Origin: a virus
Virus record (IMG/VR): IMGVR_UViG_3300035670_011119
Location: 1-64,000 of that record
Reading direction: 5' to 3' (one strand)
Length of the DNA stretch: 64,000 nt
The notes beneath the pieces are model-generated. The model was not told where the DNA came from and did not search any database. It worked only from the letters and a program-made list of their open reading frames with translations. Positions within the stretch are counted from its first letter, which is position 1. Each line of letters starts with the position of its first letter. This document shows positions 31,566 through 41,178 of this stretch, piece after piece. Position numbers and translations under genes: made by a program.

Positions 31566-32249
31566 CTATTTCCAATTTTGATCGTATGTTTTAATACTAT
31601 CCGGAATACTATCAACACTTTGTTGTAGTTTAGATAGCTCCCTTATAATAGACACAGCATTATCATGAGTCAAGTTTTTAATATTATCTATAGATAGAGA
31701 CATTGAGTCTATTAATTTAGCCACATTAACATTAAGTCTTTTAGCAATAACATCTATAAAACTAATTTGATTAGAAGTGATTTTACCAACACTGTCCGCG
31801 GTAACATCATCTTCAACATTTGTGGCCAATTCTTCTGCTGCCACCACTTTGCGTAGTCTTAGTCCTCTTCTTAGGGCTCGACCTTCTGCTCTAGTTTCTG
31901 CAACCGCAACCGGATGATTACGATATACCTTGTCACAGTTTCCCCAATAAACGTCGGCGGCGCCGCTTACGGACCTAAATTTAGTGTCGGCATCCTTCTT
32001 GTCTATATTTTTTAATGCATAGCTTATAGAGTGTACCACGGTTGCTCTTTTTTCATTTGATGGATCAGGAGATTGTACCACTGTGGTATCTGTTGAAGTA
32101 ATAACACAATCTAGCGCTATTTCGAATATTCTTCTTAAACCATCTGTTGTGGGATTCCCGCTTATTTTTTCATCATCTGTTAACAATCCAAGCACATAAT
32201 CATTCCATTCTAAACTATTAATGCTTGGCTTTTCTGTTGACTCGCTCAT
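31566..32249 (-). CDS. Putative single-strand annealing protein (Rad52/Sak/ERF-like)
   Basis: The GAADV...VAVAETRAEGRALRR motif resembles the AETxAxGRAL helix of phage SSAPs; short helical C-terminal domain (ITSNQISFI). Confidence 0.5.
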   Translation of the reverse strand: MSESTEKPSINSLEWNDYVLGLLTDDEKISGNPTTDGLRRIFEIALDCVITSTDTTVVQSPDPSNEKRATVVHSISYALKNIDKKDADTKFRSVSGAADVYWGNCDKVYRNHPVAVAETRAEGRALRRGLRLRKVVAAEELATNVEDDVTADSVGKITSNQISFIDVIAKRLNVNVAKLIDSMSLSIDNIKNLTHDNAVSIIRELSKLQQSVDSIPDSIKTYDQNWK

Positions 32250-33052
32250 TAATTATCTCCTATTTTAATTTCTCTATGTCCTGGTTGTGGAAAGTCTTTT
32301 TGTACTTTTTGTAATATCTCTACCAATTTAGTATAGATTAACGACGCTCTGGCTCTAGAAAAATCCATCGTTTGTTTAATTCTGATTAATACTAATCCTT
32401 TTCCTAGAATCAATCCTGTTTTTTTATTATCATATCTAATATTCTTTTTTAGGGTATCTTTTCCCCATACCTCTTTAAAATGAGATGGCCCATCCACCTC
32501 TATGGCTACATTTATACTAGGTAGAAAAAGGTCTATTTGCAACTTTGTGTTTGATAGTATTTGTTCTTTGTGAAAATCTACTTTATAGCCACCAGATATC
32601 AGATTATACAATAAGTATTTTTCTAATTTAGATCCGGTTTTACTACTTTGTCTAACAGCCTGATTAGCTGCTTTTAATATAAAATCTTTTTTATTATCAG
32701 ACAAACTATTCCAATTTTTTCTGGCCTTATCTTGTCTTTTTTGTTTTTCTTTTGATGACAACTCATCCCAATTTTCCATAACAGCTTGTCCTATTTTTGC
32801 CTTAGTTTCATCATCCCTTTTGGTCCCTTTGGTAGGATGCTTGTGTCTACCAGATTTTAAAGCTGTTTTTTGAGCTACGCTTTTATCTCTCAAATTTATT
32901 CCATATTTAACAGCATCTCGTCTAATTTTATTAGCATATGTTGATAGTTTTTGTGCAATTATAGCTAGGCTTTCTTTGTTATCGACATATAACTTATTTA
33001 TTATACTCTTTTTTTCCGTTTCTGATAAACTATCATAATTTTTGTATAACAT
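32249..33052 (-). CDS. HTH/NUMOD3-like DNA-binding region plus DUF559/Vsr-like endonuclease (possible homing endonuclease)
   Basis: KGTKRDDETKAKIG (NUMOD3-like), SKLEK, IDLFLP..NVAIEVDGPSHF...D..K...G..LIRI. Confidence 0.65.
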   Translation of the reverse strand: MLYKNYDSLSETEKKSIINKLYVDNKESLAIIAQKLSTYANKIRRDAVKYGINLRDKSVAQKTALKSGRHKHPTKGTKRDDETKAKIGQAVMENWDELSSKEKQKRQDKARKNWNSLSDNKKDFILKAANQAVRQSSKTGSKLEKYLLYNLISGGYKVDFHKEQILSNTKLQIDLFLPSINVAIEVDGPSHFKEVWGKDTLKKNIRYDNKKTGLILGKGLVLIRIKQTMDFSRARASLIYTKLVEILQKVQKDFPQPGHREIKIGDN

Positions 33053-33494
33053 TTTTACAACCTTCTAAACTAAAACCGTCTACCATATTTGAGATAGGTT
33101 CTTTAAAGCACATCTTATATAGATCATAGTTTTTTTGGTCTAATGTTACAATATGCACATTTGACTCTAATAGATTTTGCCATAGTGTTGTTGGAGTATG
33201 TTTATTTTGCCAAATAATATCACTGGCTATAAATACTTTATGTGATGGTCCTGGAAATTGACTAATTACAGACAAAGAATCAGGATCAAAACAAAATAAA
33301 ATTCCATAAAAATATCTAGCATTAACAGATGGTAACAAGCAAAACTTGCGATTGTTATCTGTTTGTTGATATATTGTATTAAACATAATAGTATTATCTG
33401 CTTGATCCGTTAAACCATTAAGCACTTGAGTGATAGTCAAGTGTTGAGGAATATTAGAAATATGTGGACAATAAAAGCCTATTTGTTGGATCAT
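33033..33494 (-). CDS. Hypothetical protein (possible degenerate glycosyltransferase subdomain)
   Basis: The likely start is the ATG at 33494 (MIQQIGFY), which overlaps the upstream TGA (ATGA); the longer start in the ORF track lies inside the previous gene. Confidence 0.55.
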   Translation of the reverse strand: MIQQIGFYCPHISNIPQHLTITQVLNGLTDQADNTIMFNTIYQQTDNNRKFCLLPSVNARYFYGILFCFDPDSLSVISQFPGPSHKVFIASDIIWQNKHTPTTLWQNLLESNVHIVTLDQKNYDLYKMCFKEPISNMVDGFSLEGCKNVIQKL

Positions 33495-34270
33495 TGCAAA
33501 TATCCTATTATATTTTGAATAAAATTTGTTACAGGAGTAATGTCTTTCTCGTATGGTTTGGGCGTTGTGTCTATCCAATCTACTATTTTTTGATATGCTG
33601 GCGTCCCGCACACCATAATTTCTGCATCATACGATCCTGATAGATCCAAAACGCCATTACACTCATTTAATAGCTTGCTCATATCTTCATCGAAAGCCAA
33701 GCCTACATTTTGATCATATTCAATTTCTGGATTATTAACCATAATAATATTATGTTTTGTATTTGGATACAAGTATTGTTTTACTAAGTCTACACATGCT
33801 GGATCTTTATCTAGAATACATAGTATCTTGTCGTTGCGTGTTTTATTTTCATTCCTAAATATTAAATCATTATATAGTCTATTGTATCCGATTAACTTGG
33901 AGGCTGCTACGCCACTACTAACTAGTGTCGCATATATTTCTGCTGGAACAATATATTTAGCTCCCAAAGCCTGTTTATTAAATAAATCTTGTATAATACT
34001 CACATATTTTTGATATAAAGATGGATTATCATCTATAGTAATAATACTAGTTATATTTATTGATGGGTCATTAACAAACTGATGTATTTCTTGGGTATAT
34101 TCCTCCATTTGAAATACGATAGCTTGTGGCTTTATACTAAGCGCAGTATCATACAGATTATTATGAATATTTAATAGTCTAATATTAGGAAATAATGATA
34201 AAAATCCTCTGGTTATGGCGCTATGTGTTTTGGAATAAGAGTTTTTATGAATTAAAATGGAATTATTCAT
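33491..34270 (-). CDS. Hypothetical protein, degenerate GT-B glycosyltransferase-like
   Basis: C-terminal QNVGL..EDMSKLLNEC...YDAEIMVCGTP resembles the GT4 ExxACGxP motif; sits in the glycosyltransferase block. Confidence 0.45.
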   Translation of the reverse strand: MNNSILIHKNSYSKTHSAITRGFLSLFPNIRLLNIHNNLYDTALSIKPQAIVFQMEEYTQEIHQFVNDPSINITSIITIDDNPSLYQKYVSIIQDLFNKQALGAKYIVPAEIYATLVSSGVAASKLIGYNRLYNDLIFRNENKTRNDKILCILDKDPACVDLVKQYLYPNTKHNIIMVNNPEIEYDQNVGLAFDEDMSKLLNECNGVLDLSGSYDAEIMVCGTPAYQKIVDWIDTTPKPYEKDITPVTNFIQNIIGYLQ

Positions 34271-34955
34271 TACAAACCTTGTGTGTTTTTAAGGTATTAT
34301 TATTAACATAAGTATATTGTTTATTTTTAATCGGCATATGCGTAAATACAACTCCATGATCTTTAAGATAATTAATAATTTCTAATAAAAATAATGGATC
34401 TGTAAACTTTATTCGATTAAAATGCTTTAATAGTCTTATAGTTTCATTATTTATATAGCACATACCATTCCAATAATAGTCTGAACTATTATAGGATAAA
34501 TACTCTACATTATCATCTATAACATTGCATGTAATATCTGTATTGGTAATATCTTTTGATGTTGTAAATATATAGTTTTTATGAGGATTCAATTTCAAAG
34601 GTTCGGTAATAATAAAACTAATATCTGATATCAAAAATATTCCATTATAATTGACTGGGCTATATTTAAGTAATATGTCTTTGATAATTCTACCATGATT
34701 GGTGTTTTTATAATCTAGCACAACGCTATAATTCAGATTATTATTTGGCTTCAAACACTTTAACACCTTATCTGATTCAAAACCAACAACCACATGATTA
34801 TATACATTACCGAAGAGTTTTTCAGTATAGTTGATACTATGATTAATTAGATAATTTTTTTCCTTTTTGATCGGTACTGTGACCGATGATTTTGGACCAA
34901 TATATTTCATATTTTTAGTAGGTTGATAACAAAAATAAATAGTATATATTGACAT
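34263..34955 (-). CDS. Degenerate sugar/choline-phosphate nucleotidyltransferase-like protein (LicC/NTP_transferase fold)
   Basis: MKYIGPKS, VVVGFESDKV, DYKNTNHG, FLISDI and LFLLEIIN follow the family pattern, but the N-terminal AAGxGxR motif is missing. Confidence 0.5.
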   Translation of the reverse strand: MSIYTIYFCYQPTKNMKYIGPKSSVTVPIKKEKNYLINHSINYTEKLFGNVYNHVVVGFESDKVLKCLKPNNNLNYSVVLDYKNTNHGRIIKDILLKYSPVNYNGIFLISDISFIITEPLKLNPHKNYIFTTSKDITNTDITCNVIDDNVEYLSYNSSDYYWNGMCYINNETIRLLKHFNRIKFTDPLFLLEIINYLKDHGVVFTHMPIKNKQYTYVNNNTLKTHKVCNE

Positions 34956-34971
34956 ATATTATCCTAATCTA

Positions 34972-35382
34972 CTATTGAATAGCTTTACGGAGATGTAATA
35001 TTAATTTATAATTATGAGAATATCTGTGTTCAACATAATACTGAGGAAAATTTCCAATTAATTCCATAATATCAAATTCATACTGAACAGAAACAATATC
35101 TTGTAATAATTCAGAGACTGTTTTTGATGAGACCGATCCATTGGACATGTCTTTACCAAGAGACATAGTATCTAATACTTCAATAATTAATAATCCAGTA
35201 TATTTAATTTTACTAAGAATATTAGATAGCAATGATCCTCTGTCAGCATGAGATATACTGTCTAATTGCTTAAATAGGATTTCTGATACGGAGCCGTTAA
35301 CCAAATTATTTATTTGATCTATTGCAATATTATTATATCCCTGAATAGTATCTTTTTCAGATAAACATATATTAATTTTCAT
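34972..35382 (-). CDS. Degenerate class I SAM methyltransferase-like protein
   Basis: KINI....GYNNI...NGSVSEI...LDSI....L..I.SKIK.TGLLIIEVLD parallels phage Methyltransf_11 proteins (LNLGCG..GYINID..DNSVDEI..LEH..RVLK.GG.L.I.VPD) but lacks the GxG motif. Confidence 0.45.
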   Translation of the reverse strand: MKINICLSEKDTIQGYNNIAIDQINNLVNGSVSEILFKQLDSISHADRGSLLSNILSKIKYTGLLIIEVLDTMSLGKDMSNGSVSSKTVSELLQDIVSVQYEFDIMELIGNFPQYYVEHRYSHNYKLILHLRKAIQ

Positions 35383-36287
35383 ATTATGAAAGCCTTAGAA
35401 AGAGAATTGTTTAATATTGTATTTATTTCTTTGCTAGTTTCTTCGAAGCTACCGACGATTTCATGATCGATTGGCACATCAGAATAAACAGGATTAGTAC
35501 GCAATAGTTCTGCTAAATTACCAATAGAATTAATAATATACAAATTGGGTATGTTTTGATACTGACTCAAAGAATTATTCGTATCAATAATAACGGCAAC
35601 ACATCCGCAAGCAATGGCCCATAGGGCATTTACTATAGATGCTGGATCTAGTTCGATGACTATCTTATAATTATTTAATATATTGCAAGCGTCTTTAGTT
35701 GTTGATGGAATCTTACTAAGATTTATAGTCTTAATTCCTATTGTATTTTCCAAATAATTATCATCTATTTTTTTATTATAGCAAAATAGAGCTATTTCTT
35801 TTCTATTCCCTATATCGTTATTTATTTGTAATGTTGGTGGTATCCCATATTTGATTTGTTTACTTACGATTTTATTACAGTTAAATTTGGACATGGCGCT
35901 TGGAAAATATAATAAAGTATCATTTGGTCTAATAGTATTATTACAGATTAAAAATACATCTTCTTTTTTAAGATCTAAAATTCTACTATCGTGTGATACG
36001 AAGATAGAATTAAGATGCATTGCTGTAGCACTATTATTTTTTATGCTTAGTAGGGGATTATTAGTTAAAAATATAGAGTATGATTTTAAGCATAAAGACT
36101 GTTCATCTAGTCCGATGATAGGAGAATCTTCATTAAAAAATTCTTTAGTATTTGGATCTATAGTATACAGCGATAATCCGAGATCCATCATCATCACATC
36201 AAACAAACTAAAGTGTGGTTGATATAAAATATTGTCGTGATTCTGAATAGATTGCAGAATATTACTTAATTGGAATCCTGGATACAT
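35379..36287 (-). CDS. Hypothetical protein, degenerate GT-B glycosyltransferase-like
   Basis: C-terminal LNNYKIVI......NALWAIACGCVAVI resembles the GT4 E..A.G motif with the acidic residue replaced. Confidence 0.45.
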   Translation of the reverse strand: MYPGFQLSNILQSIQNHDNILYQPHFSLFDVMMMDLGLSLYTIDPNTKEFFNEDSPIIGLDEQSLCLKSYSIFLTNNPLLSIKNNSATAMHLNSIFVSHDSRILDLKKEDVFLICNNTIRPNDTLLYFPSAMSKFNCNKIVSKQIKYGIPPTLQINNDIGNRKEIALFCYNKKIDDNYLENTIGIKTINLSKIPSTTKDACNILNNYKIVIELDPASIVNALWAIACGCVAVIIDTNNSLSQYQNIPNLYIINSIGNLAELLRTNPVYSDVPIDHEIVGSFEETSKEINTILNNSLSKAFII

Positions 36288-37390
36288 AATTTTTTGCCTA
36301 TTGTAGAATAACTAAATGATTCTTTTTGTGATATACCTAGATTTGATTTTTCATCCCAAGCTTTTTTATCTTTCTTGTAAAGACCGTATGCCTTTTGCAT
36401 TTGTTTGATAAGATCGTATATATCTATTTTATACCAATGCTGGTTAGCATTATAATAGTCTGTGTTTCCGGCTATCGGATGATGAGGCATAATAACCGGA
36501 GTTTTATGACTATTGACTAAAAATCCATTATCATTATTTATGAAGTCTTTCATGCCAGAATTTTTGTTCACAATCGGATTTTTTCCTAGACACAAAGCCT
36601 CTGCTGCTGGACGACAAAACGCCTCTCCATATGAAGGCATAACAAAACAATCACAGCTAGAATGAATTCTTAAAATATCGTCATAAGATATTCTTTGTGT
36701 CATCCAAACTTCATTTTTAAATGGTTTGTTTAGATGTAGAGATTGTTTTATTTCGTTAGCAAAAGTAGTAAGCTCTTTTATATCTCCATTAGTTTTTATT
36801 ACCAAGGATACAGGATCGCCTAGATCAAAAGCTAGATTAAATGCTATTATAAGATCTTGTAAATTTTTTCTAAAATTATTCTCACATATTGTATAAAACC
36901 TAAAATGATTTGCGATAGCGGGATTGAGTATAGCCCTAGGATATATCTTGAGTATATCTATATCTAAAGCTTCACTAATAGCCCTTATAGTTTTTGTACA
37001 TCCACTAGACTGTAAAGATTCTTTTTCTAGACTTGACGGTACCCAAATCTCATCCATTCTGTTAATATTTGATATAACCTTAGTTTTACTAAAATTATTT
37101 ATTTCTAATGTAAATAAACCAATATTTTTACCATATCTACTATCATAGTAGAAATATTCTGGTAAAGTATTTTGTATTACATAATGATATTTATCAGCTT
37201 TATTATTTTCATATGATATAATTTGTTCATCATTAAAAGATGCATCAGTATTACCAGGAGCCAAATATATTGGGCGTGTGGTTAAATTAATATTAGGCAA
37301 TGAAGATATTGCTCGTATATAGTCTCTAGCGGCTAATCCCCAGCCGTCGTGCTGTCTATATGGTCCAACAAATAATATATTTGTACTCAT
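36266..37390 (-). CDS. Glycosyltransferase family 4 (GT-B)
   Basis: GWGLAARDY, DEIWVPS, RKNLQDLI.AF, CDCFVMPSYGEAFCRPAAEALCLGK. Confidence 0.85.
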   Translation of the reverse strand: MSTNILFVGPYRQHDGWGLAARDYIRAISSLPNINLTTRPIYLAPGNTDASFNDEQIISYENNKADKYHYVIQNTLPEYFYYDSRYGKNIGLFTLEINNFSKTKVISNINRMDEIWVPSSLEKESLQSSGCTKTIRAISEALDIDILKIYPRAILNPAIANHFRFYTICENNFRKNLQDLIIAFNLAFDLGDPVSLVIKTNGDIKELTTFANEIKQSLHLNKPFKNEVWMTQRISYDDILRIHSSCDCFVMPSYGEAFCRPAAEALCLGKNPIVNKNSGMKDFINNDNGFLVNSHKTPVIMPHHPIAGNTDYYNANQHWYKIDIYDLIKQMQKAYGLYKKDKKAWDEKSNLGISQKESFSYSTIGKKLCIQDSN

Positions 37391-39060
37391 GATACTGATC
37401 CTAAATTAGCTTTAAGATGAGCATATTTAATATAATCTTCACTACTTAATTTATCTTTATTCACAATGGCTTGTTGAGCAAAATTATGATTAGATATAAT
37501 GGTTTGGATAGTGTCTATTACATTTTGTCTGGTAAACGGTTGAATTTGCATTCCGTTTTGTGTATATCCATACTCTAGATCTCTAATCATCTGTAAAGGA
37601 ATAATACTATGAATGATGGGATGGTTTGGTAAAAATTGTTTCATAATATTATATACAAAATTATAATTAGTCATTCCTTTTGTAATCTCCATTATGTCGG
37701 GAGGTAATGGCTGAAAAGGATTCATAGGTTGGTCCCATTGACCTTGTAATCCAACAAGTTTAACATTATCAAAATATTTTTCCCACTTTTTTGCTATGTC
37801 ATCCCAATTATAATATAGTTCTGTTAATTTTCTAGTTTCCTGTCTTTTTTGTAGTCTTAATATTGGTGGTAGCTTATAAAGATTTTCTACTATTTCTATA
37901 AAATGATTATTATCAGGATAAACTCTAATAGCTTGTGTTTCTAGTTCCTTAAAGGCTCTTTGTACTCTAACTGGATATCCATTTAGTTTATGAACCACAT
38001 CGTTCATAGCACTATAATCAACAGAGGCCAGAGGTATACCACATGCCCCAGCTTCAACTTGAGGCATACCAAAACCTTCGCATATAGCATACTGTACATA
38101 AAGATCGAATGTATTTATAATATGTGCTAGCCTATGTGAATCTATACCATTATTAACACTAGGTAATTGCATAGACTTTTGTCCACACCTAGGACATCCA
38201 GCAACAACATGACTAAATAGCATAGAGCATATGTGTCCACAATGACGACACGCATATGTAAAAAATACCTTGTTAGATATATTATATTCTTTTAGTAATT
38301 GCGGAATATCCCAGCCAGCATCAGGGTAGCTAGTATGAATATATAAATATGTTTTTTTATACAGCTCGGGATTCTTTTCTTGTAGAAGCTTTAGAGCATC
38401 AAAAAGATCAGGAATTAATTTTCTCTTTTGGTTCCTAACAACGGTGCCAATAATAAAACTGTCTTCTGGAAGACCGAGGGCTATCCTAATATCTCTTTGC
38501 TCATTAATCATTGGATGAAAACATGCGAGATCAACACCAGGAGATGCTGTATCTATATAATTAGCATGATTATTACTTTGCTGTAACAATACATCTCTAC
38601 CAAAATCAGAATATGTAAATAAAGCATCTGCTGATATATAAGTGTCTATCCAGGTTTCTTGTTGTGGCGACGAGTCTATTGTTGGCATTACAACCCAATG
38701 ATAGTATGGTCGTAATGGAGAGTATTGTTGATATGAATTCATCCAATAGTCGCGTATATCAAATACTATATCTGGTTTAAAGTCTAGTAATACTCTATCA
38801 AATCTCCATTTTCCAAATTGATTTTCTGTACTATTATTATATTCTCTGGCTCTTGGATCATTGTCTGCTGGGGCATTTGCATACAACATCCAAGGAATAT
38901 TAATATCTCTTGGATCATTAACCTTAGCATAAGAAGCAAACTCTGCTACTTCATATTTATTAGTAGCATATAGTCTCTTTAATAACTCTCTACTATAGCC
39001 AGAAAATCCAGAGCTAAGATAACTAGCTTCTGAGCACATTAGTAATCTTAATTTTTTCAT
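37387..39060 (-). CDS. Glycosyltransferase family 4 with an inserted Zn-finger
   Basis: Likely start ATG 39060 after AGGA. Motifs SSGFS.Y, RNQKRK, FDLYVQYAICEGFGMPQVEAGACGIP, and an insert CRHC...CPRC. Confidence 0.85.
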   Translation of the reverse strand: MKKLRLLMCSEASYLSSGFSGYSRELLKRLYATNKYEVAEFASYAKVNDPRDINIPWMLYANAPADNDPRAREYNNSTENQFGKWRFDRVLLDFKPDIVFDIRDYWMNSYQQYSPLRPYYHWVVMPTIDSSPQQETWIDTYISADALFTYSDFGRDVLLQQSNNHANYIDTASPGVDLACFHPMINEQRDIRIALGLPEDSFIIGTVVRNQKRKLIPDLFDALKLLQEKNPELYKKTYLYIHTSYPDAGWDIPQLLKEYNISNKVFFTYACRHCGHICSMLFSHVVAGCPRCGQKSMQLPSVNNGIDSHRLAHIINTFDLYVQYAICEGFGMPQVEAGACGIPLASVDYSAMNDVVHKLNGYPVRVQRAFKELETQAIRVYPDNNHFIEIVENLYKLPPILRLQKRQETRKLTELYYNWDDIAKKWEKYFDNVKLVGLQGQWDQPMNPFQPLPPDIMEITKGMTNYNFVYNIMKQFLPNHPIIHSIIPLQMIRDLEYGYTQNGMQIQPFTRQNVIDTIQTIISNHNFAQQAIVNKDKLSSEDYIKYAHLKANLGSVS

Positions 39061-39083
39061 TTTTAATCCTAGAACTACCCAAA

Positions 39084-39113
39084 AAGACACAAGCCCATAT
39101 GGGCTTGTGTCTT
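39084..39113 (-). terminator. Perfect 30-bp palindrome; probable intrinsic terminator downstream of ssb
   Basis: AAGACACAAGCCCATATGGGCTTGTGTCTT is its own reverse complement. On the - strand it lies 13 nt after the ssb stop and ends in a 5-T run. Confidence 0.75.
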
Positions 39114-39126
39114 CTCGGATAATAAA

Positions 39127-39501
39127 TCAGAAAGCTACAGATTCTTCCTTATTGGCATCCTTATCCTTTTTTGATAAGCGAGTAATCTTGGAAAAATTAT
39201 TAACTCTAACCTTTAGGGTGCTATGCTTAACACCATCTTTTTCCCATGTATCGTTTCTAAGAGAACCTTCAACCATCACAGGATCTCCCTTTCTAAACGA
39301 TTCTCCTATTACCTCGGCCCCGCTATCCCAAGCTTCGCAATTAACAAATGTTGTAATCTTATCTCGATCACCATTAGCCTTAGTATACTCTCTAGAAACA
39401 GCAACTGTAAAATTAACAACAGCAGTTTCTTTACCGCCTGAATTAATATGCCTAAGTTCTGGATCGCGAGCTAGATTACCCTTGAGTAAAGTGATATTCA
39501 T
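39127..39501 (-). CDS. ssb: Single-stranded DNA-binding protein
   Basis: MN...L.GNLARDPELR, FTVAV, FVNCEAW..GAE....FRKGD.V.VEG.LR...WE, acidic tail ending EESVAF; GAGGAG RBS. Confidence 0.95.
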   Translation of the reverse strand: MNITLLKGNLARDPELRHINSGGKETAVVNFTVAVSREYTKANGDRDKITTFVNCEAWDSGAEVIGESFRKGDPVMVEGSLRNDTWEKDGVKHSTLKVRVNNFSKITRLSKKDKDANKEESVAF

Positions 39502-39546
39502 AATTTTTTATGTTCTCCTCGGAAAAAAGTAAACTCAATACAATGT

Positions 39547-39574
39547 ATTATACGTCCAGGCTTTGTTTTGTCAA
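39547..39574 (-). promoter_or_regulatory. Consensus sigma70-type promoter for ssb
   Basis: On the - strand, TTGACA (39574-39569) - 16 nt - TATAAT (39552-39547); the -35 overlaps the stop codon of the dnaE C-terminal half. Confidence 0.8.
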
Positions 39575-41178
39575 GTGGTAGGTAAAAAGATCTTTTCTAC
39601 TATGATTCCATCTTTAGTATTAGACTTTTTCCCTTTGATAATAATAATATTGCCTTCGAATAAAACGTGTCGAAATTGTTTGTATTGTTCAGCAAAACAA
39701 ACCACAGAATCTAAACAGCCCGTATTATCTACTACAGATAGAAATGCCATATCTTGACCTTTGCTTTTGCCACTTTTAGTCTTTACTACATGTATTCTAT
39801 CAATTTCAGCCGCTAATAGTATATTAGTAATACCGATATTATTTTTTATATCTCTGCAAGTAGCATTTGTCATAGTAATATCATACATATCAATTTTTGA
39901 ACATGTAATTGGACAACCTAGCAATTCATTTTCCGTATCAGAAATCCATTCGGCACTATCTTCTAAACTAAATGGAGGATGTAGCATTGTGTACATTATT
40001 TCTTTGATAGTTGAATTTCTATTTTTAGTAATTTTACTATTATTTAGTAGATTTTCTAACGCTTTGTATAAATCTTGATTAATATTTTGTCTAAGTAATT
40101 CTAATTCTCTTTTAGTTAGTTGACTAACTGTAGACAAATCGAATAACATAGTATTTCTTGATCTGCCAAAAATATCTAACGCTCCAGAACCTATTAGAGC
40201 CTTAGCGGCGATACTATTAATTTTTAGTAATACATCTATCAAAAAAGCATACCATCCATTCTTATTATATTCTATTGTTACAGATGATACTATCTTGATT
40301 AGTTTATCAAAAACAGATTTACCAACGCCCTTAATATCTGTTAATCCAAAATATATAGTATTATTATCTAAACAAAAGAATTCATTTAGCAGTCTAATGT
40401 CTGGTGGCTTAACAGAAATATCCATTTCGTTTGCATTTTGAATTAACTCTTTTATTTCTTGCTGAGGATCAATTTTATCTTTAGCAAATCTAAGATATGA
40501 AGCAAAAAAGATTTTAGGAAAATGGGCTTTTGTATATGCTGATAAATATGCATTAATAGCATAAGATACGCTATGACTCTTATTAAACGAATATCTTTGA
40601 CTTTTTTCGATCCAACTAAAAATTTCTTCTGCTTGATCCTCATTAAGAATTTTTGTAGTCTTAGATCCTTCTAAAAATTTTAATTTAACCTTTGCCATTT
40701 CTTCCGGTTTTTTCTTGCCAATTGCTTTTCTTAACAAGTCAGCTTCTTGTAGATTAAATCCTGCTATAACCCTAGTAATGTCCATAGCCTGTTCTTGATA
40801 AACCATCTCCCCATATGTTGGTTTTAATATAGGCTCTAAAGCAGTATGAAAATAGTCAACAGCTTCCTGACCATTTTTTTTGTCTATGTAGTGATTACTA
40901 ACGCTTTTACCATCCCTCATAGCCTCTAGACATCCTGGCCTAACTATACTAATTAGAGCAGATAATTGCTCTATATTTTCTGGTTTAAGTTTTTTAGCCA
41001 TAGTACGTCCGAGTCTGCTTTCCAACTGAAAACAGCCCTTAGTATTTCCGGACGAAATAAGATCCCAGGTTTTGTCACAATCAAGAGATATATGCTCGAT
41101 AGTAGCATCAAAACCAATAGAATTATTATCAGAATCGATAGGAAATTTACATCCACAATCAAATGTAAAATATTTCAT
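39571..41178 (-). CDS. dnaE: DNA polymerase III alpha, C-terminal half (fingers, HhH, OB fold)
   Basis: ISLDCDKTW.LI..GNTKGCFQLES, LISIVRPG, YQEQ.M, ADLLRKAIGKK, YSFNKSHSVSY, PPDI, FGL..IKGVG, MAFL.V.D.TG. Confidence 0.9.
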   Translation of the reverse strand: MKYFTFDCGCKFPIDSDNNSIGFDATIEHISLDCDKTWDLISSGNTKGCFQLESRLGRTMAKKLKPENIEQLSALISIVRPGCLEAMRDGKSVSNHYIDKKNGQEAVDYFHTALEPILKPTYGEMVYQEQAMDITRVIAGFNLQEADLLRKAIGKKKPEEMAKVKLKFLEGSKTTKILNEDQAEEIFSWIEKSQRYSFNKSHSVSYAINAYLSAYTKAHFPKIFFASYLRFAKDKIDPQQEIKELIQNANEMDISVKPPDIRLLNEFFCLDNNTIYFGLTDIKGVGKSVFDKLIKIVSSVTIEYNKNGWYAFLIDVLLKINSIAAKALIGSGALDIFGRSRNTMLFDLSTVSQLTKRELELLRQNINQDLYKALENLLNNSKITKNRNSTIKEIMYTMLHPPFSLEDSAEWISDTENELLGCPITCSKIDMYDITMTNATCRDIKNNIGITNILLAAEIDRIHVVKTKSGKSKGQDMAFLSVVDNTGCLDSVVCFAEQYKQFRHVLFEGNIIIIKGKKSNTKDGIIVEKIFLPTT

